A stretch of DNA of 64,000 nucleotides from Acidobacteriota bacterium (GCA_963664705.1 OY761556.1:2976001-3040000); one strand, 5' to 3'; shown: positions 1 through 10,496, counted from the first letter of the stretch. The notes: generated from the letters alone by a model not told the origin. Numbers and translations are program-made.

Positions 1-73
1 CGGCAAGGCTGATCGCGATCAGTACCAGGAGCATGAGAGCCCAAAATGCTGCCTTTAGTGCACGATTTGCCAT
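1..73 (-). CDS. 5' end of an exported or membrane protein (partial, runs off the window)
   Basis: ATG at 73 (minus) with AGGAT upstream; reads MANRALKAAFWALMLLVLIAISLA, which looks like a signal peptide. Not in the ORF track. Confidence 0.6.
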   Translation of the reverse strand, partial: MANRALKAAFWALMLLVLIAISLA

Positions 74-287
74 GTTTTTATCCTGTCCGGGGCAACGGAG
101 AACGTGACCCTCCGAAATTTTGTCTTGGGAATCACCCGATTGTGGTTTTCCTGTTTATCGATAACCCCAAGGATTCTATTTTATGGCAGGCGCGCCAAAA
201 TAAAAATCAACGTTCGAAAATTTTGCTATCATCGGATATAAAGTTGGCCCCGGGCATGAAAACATGATCAACCCGGTAGGAGGAGAG

Positions 288-878
288 ATGATGCCGGCAC
301 TAAAGACTTTTCTGTCGATCGCTTTTCTAATCCTGACAGTCCCTTCATTCGCGCAAAATGAGACAAAGGTGAACATCGATCCATTTTTTGCAACGGTGGA
401 TGCAAACAATGATGGCGCCCTCAGCATGGAGGAATGGAGGACATTGGGTCTGATGGATATATCCTTCCCTCTATGCGATGCCAACAGGGATGGCAAGATC
501 ACAAAGGCGGAAATGGGAGCGTGCGCTGTGCCGGAATCGATGGATCCTAAAAAGGAGGGGATTTTGACGGTTTATGCAGGAGGACGCTTCGTGATTCCAT
601 CCCCAGGAGCCCCGGTTCCCAAGCCGGCAAATGCTCCACCTGGAATTACGCAGGCAACACAAATGGTTTCAGACAGTCCATACGTGGCTGGAGGGCCGAC
701 CGGTCAGGATTTCATCAGGATGTTCGATACGGATGGCGATGGAAAAATCAGTCATGATGAGTGGGAAAAGCTTAAAAACAACACGGTGTTCAAGCCGTTC
801 CGCTGGCCGCAGTACAACCGGAATCGCGATGAGTGGATCACGGTGGAAGAAGCGCCAAAGGCACCCACACACCCGTGA
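288..878 (+). CDS. Secreted EF-hand (Ca2+-binding) protein
   Basis: RBS AGGAGGAG at 278-285; signal peptide ending SFA-Q; EF-hand loops DANNDGALSMEE, DANRDGKITKAE and DTDGDGKISHDE. Confidence 0.8.
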   Translation: MMPALKTFLSIAFLILTVPSFAQNETKVNIDPFFATVDANNDGALSMEEWRTLGLMDISFPLCDANRDGKITKAEMGACAVPESMDPKKEGILTVYAGGRFVIPSPGAPVPKPANAPPGITQATQMVSDSPYVAGGPTGQDFIRMFDTDGDGKISHDEWEKLKNNTVFKPFRWPQYNRNRDEWITVEEAPKAPTHP

Positions 879-1010
879 TTCGACGCAGACCTGGCGCCGC
901 GACTGATTTCTCGCAAAGGGACAGCAACAACCTCTATCGCGGGTGTCGCAGCGGATTAGCCGCTGCCGACACCCGAAAATTTCCATTCATCAAATCGACA
1001 AAACCGACGC

Positions 1011-1442
1011 CTACCTGCGGGACAGCGCAATGTCGACGGTTCGGGGAATGGATGCGCGCTGTATAAACTCCCTTTCGGCGCTTGACTTCATCAACTCCTG
1101 CCCCTTGCCGCTGGCACTATTGCACACTTTTGCCAAGAAATAGGACTCCCCATATTGGTTGAAAACCAGTTTGGATACTGACTGGCTCCTTGTCTGGGGG
1201 AATGGGATTGTCAGCAGAAATGCATGCTCGGCGCCCTTCAGGCTTTCAATGAAAATGAGGCCTTTGGCAGCCGAGGGGATTCTGACGAGGTACTGGCCGG
1301 CGGGCATACTGACAGCTCCAGCACGGAAAGCGAACGGAATGTTATAGGCAAAAACGTCCGCATTCTGGGCAAAAGCCTGCCCTGATCCCAGCAGCAGCAC
1401 CAGCAGAACCCCAATCACTAGCTGATAAAAATTCCTTTTCAT
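1011..1442 (-). CDS. Small secreted beta-rich protein (IPFxF...PAGxY type)
   Basis: AGGAG RBS; signal peptide ending AFA-Q; NIPFAFRAGAVSMPAGQY and LVFNQYGESYFL motifs; paralog at 49960-50349. Confidence 0.75.
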   Translation of the reverse strand: MKRNFYQLVIGVLLVLLLGSGQAFAQNADVFAYNIPFAFRAGAVSMPAGQYLVRIPSAAKGLIFIESLKGAEHAFLLTIPFPQTRSQSVSKLVFNQYGESYFLAKVCNSASGKGQELMKSSAEREFIQRASIPRTVDIALSRR

Positions 1443-1655
1443 ATCGCGCTCCTGATTCAGACCGGGAGTTATTGGATGCAAACTGATCTAAATACTCTGC
1501 CTCAACATCTATATGCGTAAACGGAGCCCATTTTTCTGAATGGCATGAATTTTTGATCGGGCTGCAGGAAATAATCCGGATGCCGTCATGGCTCGGGGGT
1601 ATAATTAACTTCACTTCTGAGCGCATGCTCACATCTCCCACAGGGGGGTGACGCA

Positions 1656-2231
1656 ATGAACTCATGTTCTCCACAGGAAGTTACCCGGTTGCTTCACCAA
1701 TGGTGTGAAGGAGACCAGGCGGCTCTCGGCAGGCTTGCCCCTCTTGTTTATGACGAACTGCATGTCCGCGCCCATCGCTATATGCGCAAGGAACGCGGCG
1801 GACACATTCTTCAAACCACGGCATTGGTGAATGAGGTCTATGTTCAACTGATCGATGCCCCGAAGATGCACTGCCAGGATCGCGCTCATTTCTTTGCCAT
1901 TTCCGCCAAACTGATGCGGCAGATTCTCGTCAACTATGCCCGATCCACGGGATCGCAGAAGAGGGGAGGAGACTGTCGTCGAGTAACCCTGGATGAAGAG
2001 CTCTTTGTCGAAAGGCATGGCTCCGATCTGGTCAAATTGGACGATGCGCTTACCGCGCTCTCTCAGTTTGATCCCCGAAAAGCACGCGTGGTCGAGCTGC
2101 GATTTTTTGGAGGACTAAGACTCGAAGAAATAGCCGAAGTGCTGAAAGTTTCGACGGACACCGTATGGCGAGACTGGGATCTGGCCAAAGTCTGGCTGTA
2201 CAGGGAAATGAAGGGAGTTAAACGGCAATGA
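1656..2231 (+). CDS. ECF sigma-70 factor (kinase-associated type)
   Basis: LQTTALVNEVY, AKLMRQILVNYAR...KRGG, VVELRFFGGL and VWRDWDLAKVWL motifs; stop overlaps the kinase start (ATGA). Confidence 0.92.
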   Translation: MNSCSPQEVTRLLHQWCEGDQAALGRLAPLVYDELHVRAHRYMRKERGGHILQTTALVNEVYVQLIDAPKMHCQDRAHFFAISAKLMRQILVNYARSTGSQKRGGDCRRVTLDEELFVERHGSDLVKLDDALTALSQFDPRKARVVELRFFGGLRLEEIAEVLKVSTDTVWRDWDLAKVWLYREMKGVKRQ

Positions 2232-5134
2232 CTCCCGAGCGATGGATGGAGATCGAGCGCCTCTACCATTTGGCTCGGGCCCAGGCTCCCGAAGAACGCG
2301 AGTCTTTTCTGAATCAGGCCTGTACCCATGATGAATCCCTGCGAAAGGAAGTTGCATCGCTCCTGGTCAGCCAGGCTGAAGCCGGAGACTTCATCGAAGG
2401 ATCGGCAATGGATATTGCCGCCAGGGCGATGGCCGCAAAACAGGTGGAACTCAATGCGCGCCTCATCGGACAAACACTCCTGCACTACCGGCTGATCGAT
2501 GTTTTAGGTCAGGGCGGAATGGGAGACGTTTTTCTCGCAGAGGATACACACCTCAATCGGAAAGTGGCGGTTAAAGTCCTGCCCAATACATTTTTCAATG
2601 ATCCGGGCAAGATGGCCCGCTTCGAACGCGAAGCGAAGCTGCTGGCCTCGCTCAATCATCCCGTCATCGCGGCCGTGTACGGGCTCGAACAGGCAGATGG
2701 AAAACGCTTCATGGTCATGGAATGGGTTGAGGGTGAAACGCTGGCACGAAGACTGAGCAAAGGGCCAATTCCATTCGAGAAGACACTCGAAATATGCAGA
2801 CAGATAGCGGAAGGCCTCGAAGCCGCACATGACAAAGGGATCATCCATCGCGATCTGAAGCCGGCAAACATTATGATCACCGAGGGAGACAAGGTCAAAA
2901 TCCTTGATTTTGGGCTGGCCAAGGCACTTGCGGGTGAGACACAGGCCATTGATGCATCGCAATCCCCTTCTCTCACGGCATTGATCACACAACCGGGTGT
3001 TATCTTCGGTACCGCTGCCTACATGAGCCCGGAACAAGCCAAAGGCAAGCCCGTCGACAAACGCGCCGATATCTGGGCTTTTGGAGTACTGCTCTACGAA
3101 ATGCTTACCGGCCGTCAGCCCTTCACGAAAGAAACGGTCGCCGACACCCTGGTAGCGGTTCTGACAAAAGAACCCGATTGGAAAAAGGTTCCTGGAAGAA
3201 CTCAATCACTCCTTCACAGATGCCTGGAAAAGGACCCCAGGCGAAGATTGCGCGACATCGGAGAAGCGATGGCATGGGTCGAAAACACGCCCGACTCCAT
3301 GCTCGCCAAATACCCCCGGCTCGCCTGGAGCCTGGCCATCGTTTTCATAATGGCATTCGGGCTTTTGCTGTTTATATACCTGTTCGACCGGAACAGGAAC
3401 CCTTCATCGGAACCGGTGCAATTGCAGGTCACTCCGGCGGCGGTAATGGCGCCGGAAGGCTCTTTTGCGCTGTCGCCGGATGGCCGCTGGCTTGCATTTG
3501 CAGCCAGGAGCGCCGATGGATTTGAACGCGTGTGGATTCGTGGGCTGCATTCCCTGCAGGCCAGCCCTCTCATGGGGACAGAAGCGGATTACATTCCTCC
3601 GTTGTTCTGGTCTCCTGACAGTCGCTTCATCGGTTTCAGTTCCCGGGGAAAGCTCAAAAAGATCGATATTACGGGAGGGCCTCCCGTTGCCCTGTGCGAT
3701 ATCCCGGGATACACCGTTGGAGGAACGTGGAACCGGGATGGAGTGATCATTATCGGACACCCCAATCGCGGGCTGATGCGACTCTCCGCCGAAAACAAAA
3801 CTGCAATTCCACTCACTCTCCCGAACCAGTCACGGAATGAATCGAAGCACATGTTCCCCACCTTCCTCCCGGATGGAAAGCATTTCCTCTATTACTGCTT
3901 TTCGGGTAAGCCGGAGGGCAGCGGCATCTATGTCGCGTCGCTGGGCGAGACCCCGCAAACACAGACTCCAAGGCAGATACTGTCCACCAATTTCGGAGCA
4001 GTGTATATTCCCTCCCGCGCATCGCATCGTGGACAACTGCTGTTTATGCAGGAGCAGACTCTGATGGCGCAACCTTTCGACGAAAATCGCCTATGCCTGG
4101 TTGGCGAGCCCGTACCGGTTGCGGAAAAGGTCGGCTCTTTCATGGCCTTTGGTTTTTTTACGGCTTCGGCTAATGGCATTCTTGTTTACAGAAGCGGCAG
4201 TGCCGGACAAATCAACCAGCTTACTTGGTTTGACCGGCAGGGGAATCCGTTGGGAAAGGCCGGAGAATCCGGTGAATACTGGGGCCTATCCATTTCTCCG
4301 AACGGAACCCGCGGAATTGTCAGTTGGCTGAATCCCGCCCAAACGCCTTTATCCATCGATTTGTGGTTTCTGAATTTTGCACAGGGCACAAAAACACGAT
4401 TTACTTCCGGAGAAGGCAATAGTCAAAGCCCGATCTGGTCGCCCGACGGAAGCCGTATCGCCTTCATCTCGAACCGCGAGAACGGCGTTTATAACTTGTA
4501 TCAAAAACAGGCCGGTGGTCTGAAAGAATCGGAGGCGCTGCACAAATCCGCAGAAGAACAGGATGCCAACAGTTGGTCGCGAGACGGCCGGTTATTGATG
4601 TATACCACGCAGAATATCAAGACCAGGGCTGATCTCTGGATTCTTTCAATGAACGGATCGCGCGATGCCATTCCTTTTCTACAGACTGAGTGCAATGAGT
4701 TTGACGGCCATTTTTCTCCCGATACGAAATGGGTTGCCTACACATCCGATGAATCGGGAAGCAATGAAATCTATGTTCGGCGTTTCGATTCTTCCGGCCC
4801 GAGAGTTTCCGAAGAGGAAGGAAAATGGACGATATCGAAAGGAGGGGGGACGGCACCGCGCTGGAGAGGAGACGGCAGAGAACTGTACTATCGCACTCCC
4901 GACGGAAAGATCATGGCGGCTGAGATCGCGCCGGAAACCGCGTTCCGCATAAAGGCAACCCGCGCCCTTTTCCATGTTCCTTCGATTGCGCCAAAGATCT
5001 TTGGGAGCTACACCTATTTTTATTGGGATGCGACCAGGGACGGCAATCTATTCCTGATACCAACTCCGGCGGTGGAAACATCTCCTTCGCCGTTCACCGT
5101 TATTCTCAACTGGGCCGCTTTGCTGCGACATTAG
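2228..5134 (+). CDS. Hanks-type Ser/Thr protein kinase with TM helix and C-terminal PD40/TolB-like beta-propeller
   Basis: GQGGMGDV, VAVK, HRDLKPAN, DFG and YMSPE motifs; one TM segment; repeated (W/F/L)SPDG motifs. Confidence 0.95.
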   Translation: MTPERWMEIERLYHLARAQAPEERESFLNQACTHDESLRKEVASLLVSQAEAGDFIEGSAMDIAARAMAAKQVELNARLIGQTLLHYRLIDVLGQGGMGDVFLAEDTHLNRKVAVKVLPNTFFNDPGKMARFEREAKLLASLNHPVIAAVYGLEQADGKRFMVMEWVEGETLARRLSKGPIPFEKTLEICRQIAEGLEAAHDKGIIHRDLKPANIMITEGDKVKILDFGLAKALAGETQAIDASQSPSLTALITQPGVIFGTAAYMSPEQAKGKPVDKRADIWAFGVLLYEMLTGRQPFTKETVADTLVAVLTKEPDWKKVPGRTQSLLHRCLEKDPRRRLRDIGEAMAWVENTPDSMLAKYPRLAWSLAIVFIMAFGLLLFIYLFDRNRNPSSEPVQLQVTPAAVMAPEGSFALSPDGRWLAFAARSADGFERVWIRGLHSLQASPLMGTEADYIPPLFWSPDSRFIGFSSRGKLKKIDITGGPPVALCDIPGYTVGGTWNRDGVIIIGHPNRGLMRLSAENKTAIPLTLPNQSRNESKHMFPTFLPDGKHFLYYCFSGKPEGSGIYVASLGETPQTQTPRQILSTNFGAVYIPSRASHRGQLLFMQEQTLMAQPFDENRLCLVGEPVPVAEKVGSFMAFGFFTASANGILVYRSGSAGQINQLTWFDRQGNPLGKAGESGEYWGLSISPNGTRGIVSWLNPAQTPLSIDLWFLNFAQGTKTRFTSGEGNSQSPIWSPDGSRIAFISNRENGVYNLYQKQAGGLKESEALHKSAEEQDANSWSRDGRLLMYTTQNIKTRADLWILSMNGSRDAIPFLQTECNEFDGHFSPDTKWVAYTSDESGSNEIYVRRFDSSGPRVSEEEGKWTISKGGGTAPRWRGDGRELYYRTPDGKIMAAEIAPETAFRIKATRALFHVPSIAPKIFGSYTYFYWDATRDGNLFLIPTPAVETSPSPFTVILNWAALLRH

Positions 5135-5160
5135 GTCCGTGCGGAATCCATTCGTCTGGT

Positions 5161-5652
5161 TCAAATAAACTTCTGCATCCAGATAATGTCGAAATCCCGG
5201 CCAAATTTCTGTCCAACTCTCCGGAACCTGCCACATTCCTCAAACCCATGCTTTTTCTGGAACTCCAGGCTGGGTTGGTTGAGAGACGAAGCCCCTCCGA
5301 TGATGGTATCGATTCCAAGAGTTTTTGCGTCCTGCTCAAGCCTGGAAAGCACTTGCCCTCCCAGTCCATGGCGGGTGTGTTCGGATAGAATGAAGATCGT
5401 GACTTCCGCGCTTCGGGACAGCGTATCCGCGAGGTGCACGGGTCGCAGGCCGGCAAATCCAATAACTTGACCATTCGGAATTTCGGCCACGTACAGAGGA
5501 AGCCTTCCTGCCAATGATTGCAGCCGGTGAAGGAAGCCGGCATCCACAGGCAAAGAGGGATAAGCCGCGAAGGTATTCTGAGCAAAATGGTTGAAAATCC
5601 CTGCGAGGGACTCGGCATCACTATCCTGAGCTATTCGAATGCGATACTCCAA
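5161..5652 (-). CDS. GNAT N-acetyltransferase (phosphinothricin acetyltransferase-like)
   Basis: TRHGLGGQVL and NQPSLEFQKKHGF...VGQKFGRDFDIIWMQ motifs; probable TTG start at 5652 after AAGGAG. Confidence 0.85.
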   Translation of the reverse strand: MEYRIRIAQDSDAESLAGIFNHFAQNTFAAYPSLPVDAGFLHRLQSLAGRLPLYVAEIPNGQVIGFAGLRPVHLADTLSRSAEVTIFILSEHTRHGLGGQVLSRLEQDAKTLGIDTIIGGASSLNQPSLEFQKKHGFEECGRFRRVGQKFGRDFDIIWMQKFI

Positions 5653-5675
5653 TTGGCTGCACTCCTTTGTTGGGA

Positions 5676-5706
5676 ATTCCAGATTCCGGATTCCAGATTT
5701 CAGACC
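5676..5706. repeat. Heptamer tandem repeat ATTCCAG-ATTCCGG-ATTCCAG-ATTTCAG(-ACC)
   Basis: Four degenerate 7-mers read directly in the intergenic gap. Confidence 0.75.
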
Positions 5707-5795
5707 AAGACCTGGGCGCAAGCAGTGGCGCGCTCGCCAGCGGGACGCGGGCTCTCCCAGTCGTTGGCGACCGTTATGCCCTGCCTGGGCCTGAA

Positions 5796-6944
5796 CTAGA
5801 ATTTTACGCCGAGCCGAATGCCCCACTCACTGGATTTATTGGCCGGTTCCTGCCCCTCCGTAATATAGCCACCGTAGGAGAAGCTGCCGATCTCGGATTC
5901 CTTGATGTCCCAGTACCTGAAAACCGGCTCAATGAGAATCTCCTTTCCCCCAAATTTTTTGCTGATTCTCAGCGCTCCCCGGCCGCCCCATCCATTGTTC
6001 TGGACAGTCATCAGAGTTGGCAGCTCAGGGTTGGCATCACCATATTCACTGTGCATCCACCCGCGCCAGAAATGATCATACTCTGCCGATGGGTTCAGCG
6101 ACCAACCATGCCCCAAACCAACCGTGACGCCCACCCCGATCGGGCTATATAGGAAATGGGACTTGCGATCCCAGAAATAATCCCCCCATCTGTTCCTTTT
6201 CCCACCCATGCCATCATACAGATATCTGTATCCAATACCTGTGACGGGAGTCAGATAAAGTCGTTCCGACAGGCTGATATTGCGGCCGAAAAGCAATCTT
6301 GTTTCAATGGTATATTCCCGTATGTCCTTGACATAATCCGGATAGGTTAAATCAGGATGGAAGTAATCGGTATTCGCAAAACTAAATCTGCCCTCCATTT
6401 CTAAAGTAAATTTTCTGGGGTGGAAGGCATAATCGCCATATACACCAAACTGGACGCCGCTTTGTTCCATGATCTCTTCTTTGAGTATTTCGGCGTAGTT
6501 GAGGTACTGCTGGTATTTTTGCGGCGAGACTTCAATGCCCAATTCCAACCCATGGACCGGATTCCCCTTTTTGGTTGACTGCGGTTTGGTCCTTTCGGAA
6601 GATGCCACAGGCGCCCTGCTTGGAGCCGGCAATTCCGCGCGTGGTGTTGCCCCTTCCCTTCCGGCAGAAGGTAAATTGCTGCCCACTTCCTGGATACGAA
6701 CGAACCTGGATTCAACAAATGCCGTTGCAGCACCATCGCCGATCCGTATTTTCACGTAATCCTGATCTGCACTCAACACCTCAACGCTATCGCCACACGA
6801 AAACTGCTTCACTTGAACAATACTGCGTGGCTTTTCCCACGCGGGCACACCCAGCTTATCCTGACACTCGATCAAACCTCTGGTTTGCGCAAAAGCCGAA
6901 ACAGTGAAGAAGAAGAACAAGACAAAGAGATTGAGAATTTTCAC
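5796..6944 (-). CDS. Outer-membrane beta-barrel protein with N-terminal SH3b-like domain
   Basis: Signal peptide (AFA-Q); GDSVEVL...YVKIRI...FVESRFV SH3-like segment; Pro/Ala linker; amphipathic beta strands; C-terminal Phe (LGVKF). Confidence 0.7.
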   Translation of the reverse strand: MKILNLFVLFFFFTVSAFAQTRGLIECQDKLGVPAWEKPRSIVQVKQFSCGDSVEVLSADQDYVKIRIGDGAATAFVESRFVRIQEVGSNLPSAGREGATPRAELPAPSRAPVASSERTKPQSTKKGNPVHGLELGIEVSPQKYQQYLNYAEILKEEIMEQSGVQFGVYGDYAFHPRKFTLEMEGRFSFANTDYFHPDLTYPDYVKDIREYTIETRLLFGRNISLSERLYLTPVTGIGYRYLYDGMGGKRNRWGDYFWDRKSHFLYSPIGVGVTVGLGHGWSLNPSAEYDHFWRGWMHSEYGDANPELPTLMTVQNNGWGGRGALRISKKFGGKEILIEPVFRYWDIKESEIGSFSYGGYITEGQEPANKSSEWGIRLGVKF

Positions 6945-7132
6945 GGTAGCCTCTTCAGTATGGTTTGGTTGTAGCCATCTGCTGACTTATCGGCGTGCTG
7001 ATTTTGGCGGTTAAGAATTTTGAATCGTAGTAACGATTGGATTGGGTTGGGTTGGTTGATTATTGGATAAAAATCCCCGCCGCACGGCTGCTTGCATGGC
7101 GCTGATGCGCCGGAACAGCGGCGCGCCCAGGG

Positions 7133-7687
7133 CTAATCGGGAACAACATATCGTTCATACCATCGCTCCACAGTGGAACGATGAAGCGACATCCATGCTT
7201 CATATACCGAAAGAACATACTGGCTGCGCGTTGCGGGAGTGACGACACCCCCGCCCGGGAAAAGATGCCGGATCGTCAATGAACTCCCGAGTTCGGGAGG
7301 ATCCAGTTTATGAAAAACACCGCGAGAGCGGAGGGCACGATCAATCGGCCATCTGGGCCGTGTCGTCCTGCCACTGATGATCCCATACAGATTCAGGATA
7401 TGCACGGCCACGGACTGAATAGCCTGCGGAGAGTCTTCACCATGGTGCTGCACGCCATACGCGTCTCCCCAAATTGCCTCCAGCAGGGAGTCATTCCGCT
7501 GCGCCGGAGGCTGCGGGGAATTCGGAGGAATCCTCGACTGTTCAACCAGAGCAGTCGAATCGGAATCAGCATTTGCAACCATGCAATTAAGCAGGGTCCA
7601 ACAGCCGGCGGAGGCGCCGACATACCGATGAATAGGCCCATCCATTGGGGGGAACAGAGCTCCACAACCCGGACAAGGCGTCAACAC
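7133..7687 (-). CDS. DUF5946-like protein
   Basis: CPGCGA...HRYVGASAGCW, DAYGVQH and QSVAVH motifs. Confidence 0.7.
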   Translation of the reverse strand: MLTPCPGCGALFPPMDGPIHRYVGASAGCWTLLNCMVANADSDSTALVEQSRIPPNSPQPPAQRNDSLLEAIWGDAYGVQHHGEDSPQAIQSVAVHILNLYGIISGRTTRPRWPIDRALRSRGVFHKLDPPELGSSLTIRHLFPGGGVVTPATRSQYVLSVYEAWMSLHRSTVERWYERYVVPD

Positions 7688-7869
7688 GACCAGCCTCCTA
7701 TCGAACCCAGATGCTTCTGCATTTTAAAAACTGCGCCAGTAATCCGCATAAATCTTAGCCAGCCTTTTCGATTTGGCTGCTCTGCGTTATCATACTTCCA
7801 TAAATTAAGCCAACAGCGGAAAAGTTCTTCATTGCATTTCACGGCCGTCGATGTGGAAGAGGCGCTCTC

Positions 7870-8895
7870 ATGATCGGCAAAACTCCGAATCATCATCCAA
7901 ACCCACGTAGCCACAGATTCATAACAAAACTCCTGCAGGTCAGCGCGCGGTTCAGCATCCTGGCCACTCTTGCGGCCGCCGCATCCTGGCAAGCCCGTCC
8001 CGCATCCGCTCAATTACCGGCCGATACAAAGCCGTCCTTTGAGGTTGCATCGATAAAACCTGCACAAGATTGCAACAGCACCATGCCCCTTCCGGGAGGC
8101 GGGACCATGAAAATGCGAATGCCGGTTTTCGGCTTCAAACCCGCCCGCTACGAAGCCTGTGGGGCGCTGAAGGACTTCGTCATGGAAGCATACCAGGATG
8201 AACGAGACGCCGAAACAATTGCGGGCGGTCCGGACTGGTTTGACAAAACAGATTTCCAAATTGAGGCAAAAGCAGAAAACGCCGTCGCCAGGCAGCAGAT
8301 GCGCCTGATGCTTCAGTCGCTGCTGGAAGAGAGATTCAAGCTGAAGCTGCATAGAGAGTCGCGCGAAAGGAAGGTGTACTGGCTGACCGTTGAGAAAAAT
8401 GGGCCCAAATTCCGGCAATCGAAAGACGATGCGGGGAATCCGATTACCCAGCGCCCTCCCCTTCCACTCAAAGTGACCGCCGATGAGCTGAAGAAAGGAG
8501 TCCCGGGCCTGCTGATGCCGAATATTTCCTTCGCGGACAGAACGGAAGAGCTTCGAGGGAAAGCGGTTACTCTGGCCAGCCTGGCCGCATCATTGCGAAC
8601 CTATGTTGGGCGCAAAGTTATCGACAAGACCGGTCTTGTCGGATTCTATGATTTTGAGCTGCGATTCACATCCGATAGATTGGCGAATCTGCTGTCCCCA
8701 GCCTCATCCGGCATCGCGGGCCCGGGCCCGACCGGTTCTTCCGCAGGTTCCTCCCCGATTCAACCACCGGCTGAAGCCGGAGGCCCTTCAATTTTCGGAG
8801 CCCTTCAAAAGCAGCTTGGCCTGAAACTGGAGGAGAATAAAGTATCTCAGGATTACATCGTTATTGACAGCGCGGAGATGCCATCGGAAAATTAG
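7870..8895 (+). CDS. TIGR03435/DUF3738 family exported protein
   Basis: PSFEVASIKP, GGPDW, MLQSLLEERFKLKLHRE, VIDKTGL, SIFGALQKQLGLKLE and PSEN C-terminus. Confidence 0.9.
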   Translation: MIGKTPNHHPNPRSHRFITKLLQVSARFSILATLAAAASWQARPASAQLPADTKPSFEVASIKPAQDCNSTMPLPGGGTMKMRMPVFGFKPARYEACGALKDFVMEAYQDERDAETIAGGPDWFDKTDFQIEAKAENAVARQQMRLMLQSLLEERFKLKLHRESRERKVYWLTVEKNGPKFRQSKDDAGNPITQRPPLPLKVTADELKKGVPGLLMPNISFADRTEELRGKAVTLASLAASLRTYVGRKVIDKTGLVGFYDFELRFTSDRLANLLSPASSGIAGPGPTGSSAGSSPIQPPAEAGGPSIFGALQKQLGLKLEENKVSQDYIVIDSAEMPSEN

Positions 8896-9103
8896 GGCGA
8901 TGCATTTTCCAAGGCAGCAGAATTCTCCATTCAGAATCGGGTTTCACACTTTTGCACTCGACTCCTCAGACTCACGTTCAACGGCATTGAGCCCAGATGG
9001 AAATTGCCCGCTCCAATCCCGTCCTTTGCCGCACTTCGGCAATGGGGCCCATATCAGGGATTGTGCTAAGATAATTTAGTTATTTAATAGGCTCTTCTGG
9101 GGA

Positions 9104-10066
9104 ATGATGAGAAGCCTGACCCGAATCAAATCTCGATCAATCCTCATTACCCTGCGCATTCTGTGCTGCCTTATTCTGATCCCTGGAACGGGAGTTGCGC
9201 AGGAGGAATCCAAGTCTCAGCCTGCGAACGTCAAGCCAGTCCAACTGCTTGTCGATATGAGCGCCGAAGAACTGAGGCAAAATTATCCATACGAGTTTTC
9301 CGATCTTGTATTCGACTCAAATCAGGACAGTCTTGCCGCATTGCTGAAAAATGCCGGGAGGAGGGTCGAGGACTTCTTTCGTGATCTATCCAATACTTCA
9401 TCGAGAGAACAGGTTGTTCTGCAAATCCTGGATTCCGGTGAAAAGCCTCAAGCTACTTCCAGGCAGGAGTTTTATTATCTCATCTCTCAATCCGGATCCG
9501 CCTGGAAAGAAGACCGGGTCGATATGGAAGGGCAACCCGCCAGCCTGAACAATGGCAGAGGGTATGTTCTGACATCCGGATTTGCCCTCCTCTGCGTCTA
9601 CCTTCATTTCAGTCATCAGCCCGGGTCTCGGTTTCGTTACCTGGGCCGCGACGACTCCGGAAACGGATCCTACGTTATTGCGTTCACGCAGAAGCCCGGG
9701 CAAGGGGACTATTTGGTGGACTATGTTGATCCCTCAACTCATATCCAAACCCATTACCTTCTCCAGGGATTCGTGTGGCTGCAGCCGGACAGCTATCAAA
9801 TCCGGCGAATACAAACCAGCATCATTGTTCCCGCGGGATCTTTGAAAGACCAGGTGACCAGAGTCGATTATCAGGAGTTCCATTTTGAAGGAGCGCCGCA
9901 TTCGCTCTGGCTGCCCTATGAAGCGACCGTGAATCTAAAGGTGGGGAGCAGGATATACCGCAATAAGCACCAGTATTCCGACTACAAAGTGTTTGATGTT
10001 CAAAGCAATTACGCTATCACCAAGCCTGGCACAGCCGACAACGGATCATCCGAGCCTGCGCAATAG
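9104..10066 (+). CDS. Exported protein, homologous to the C-terminal domain of the TPR protein at 50535-52745
   Basis: Signal peptide; shared motifs TSGF, FRYLG, QGFVW...YQIRRI and NKHQYSDYKVFDV. Confidence 0.75.
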   Translation: MMRSLTRIKSRSILITLRILCCLILIPGTGVAQEESKSQPANVKPVQLLVDMSAEELRQNYPYEFSDLVFDSNQDSLAALLKNAGRRVEDFFRDLSNTSSREQVVLQILDSGEKPQATSRQEFYYLISQSGSAWKEDRVDMEGQPASLNNGRGYVLTSGFALLCVYLHFSHQPGSRFRYLGRDDSGNGSYVIAFTQKPGQGDYLVDYVDPSTHIQTHYLLQGFVWLQPDSYQIRRIQTSIIVPAGSLKDQVTRVDYQEFHFEGAPHSLWLPYEATVNLKVGSRIYRNKHQYSDYKVFDVQSNYAITKPGTADNGSSEPAQ

Positions 10067-10277
10067 CCCGATGCCCGCGACTCTGCCTGCGGGCTGGTGC
10101 CGGGAAACTCATGCTTTGGGGAATTCACCGCGGATTCCCGAAAGATGCGCCGTACCCGCTCCGTCCCGCGCGCGGCCGTGCTTCTGTATTGAATCACTAC
10201 CGCGGGGCTATGCTACAATAATGCCCATTATTGCATTTTTGATATTTTACAAATTTTAAAGGCGGCTTGATAAGGGA

Positions 10278-10466
10278 GTGCCGGCTATGTCTTTGACACG
10301 CTCGCAAATTTGGAGACTGGTCCTTTTTGCAGCGACCATTACTTGCGCCATTTTGGCCAGGATAAATGCCGGGCAGCGGCTGTTGTTCCAAATTGCCGGC
10401 GGCATTTTGGTTTTTGCCATAACGGCGCTGTGGCTTATGGCAAACCATCGTGATCACAGCGCATAA
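10278..10466 (+). CDS. Small 2-TM membrane protein
   Basis: Two hydrophobic segments; AGGGAG suggests a start at the ATG at 10287. Confidence 0.5.
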   Translation: MPAMSLTRSQIWRLVLFAATITCAILARINAGQRLLFQIAGGILVFAITALWLMANHRDHSA

Positions 10467-10496
10467 ACTATCCCGCCACCGAACGGAACCTCACTC

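Noticed and set aside
7035-7066. TTGGG/TTGG microrepeat upstream of the outer-membrane protein gene
   Set aside because: It is too short and degenerate to assign a function.
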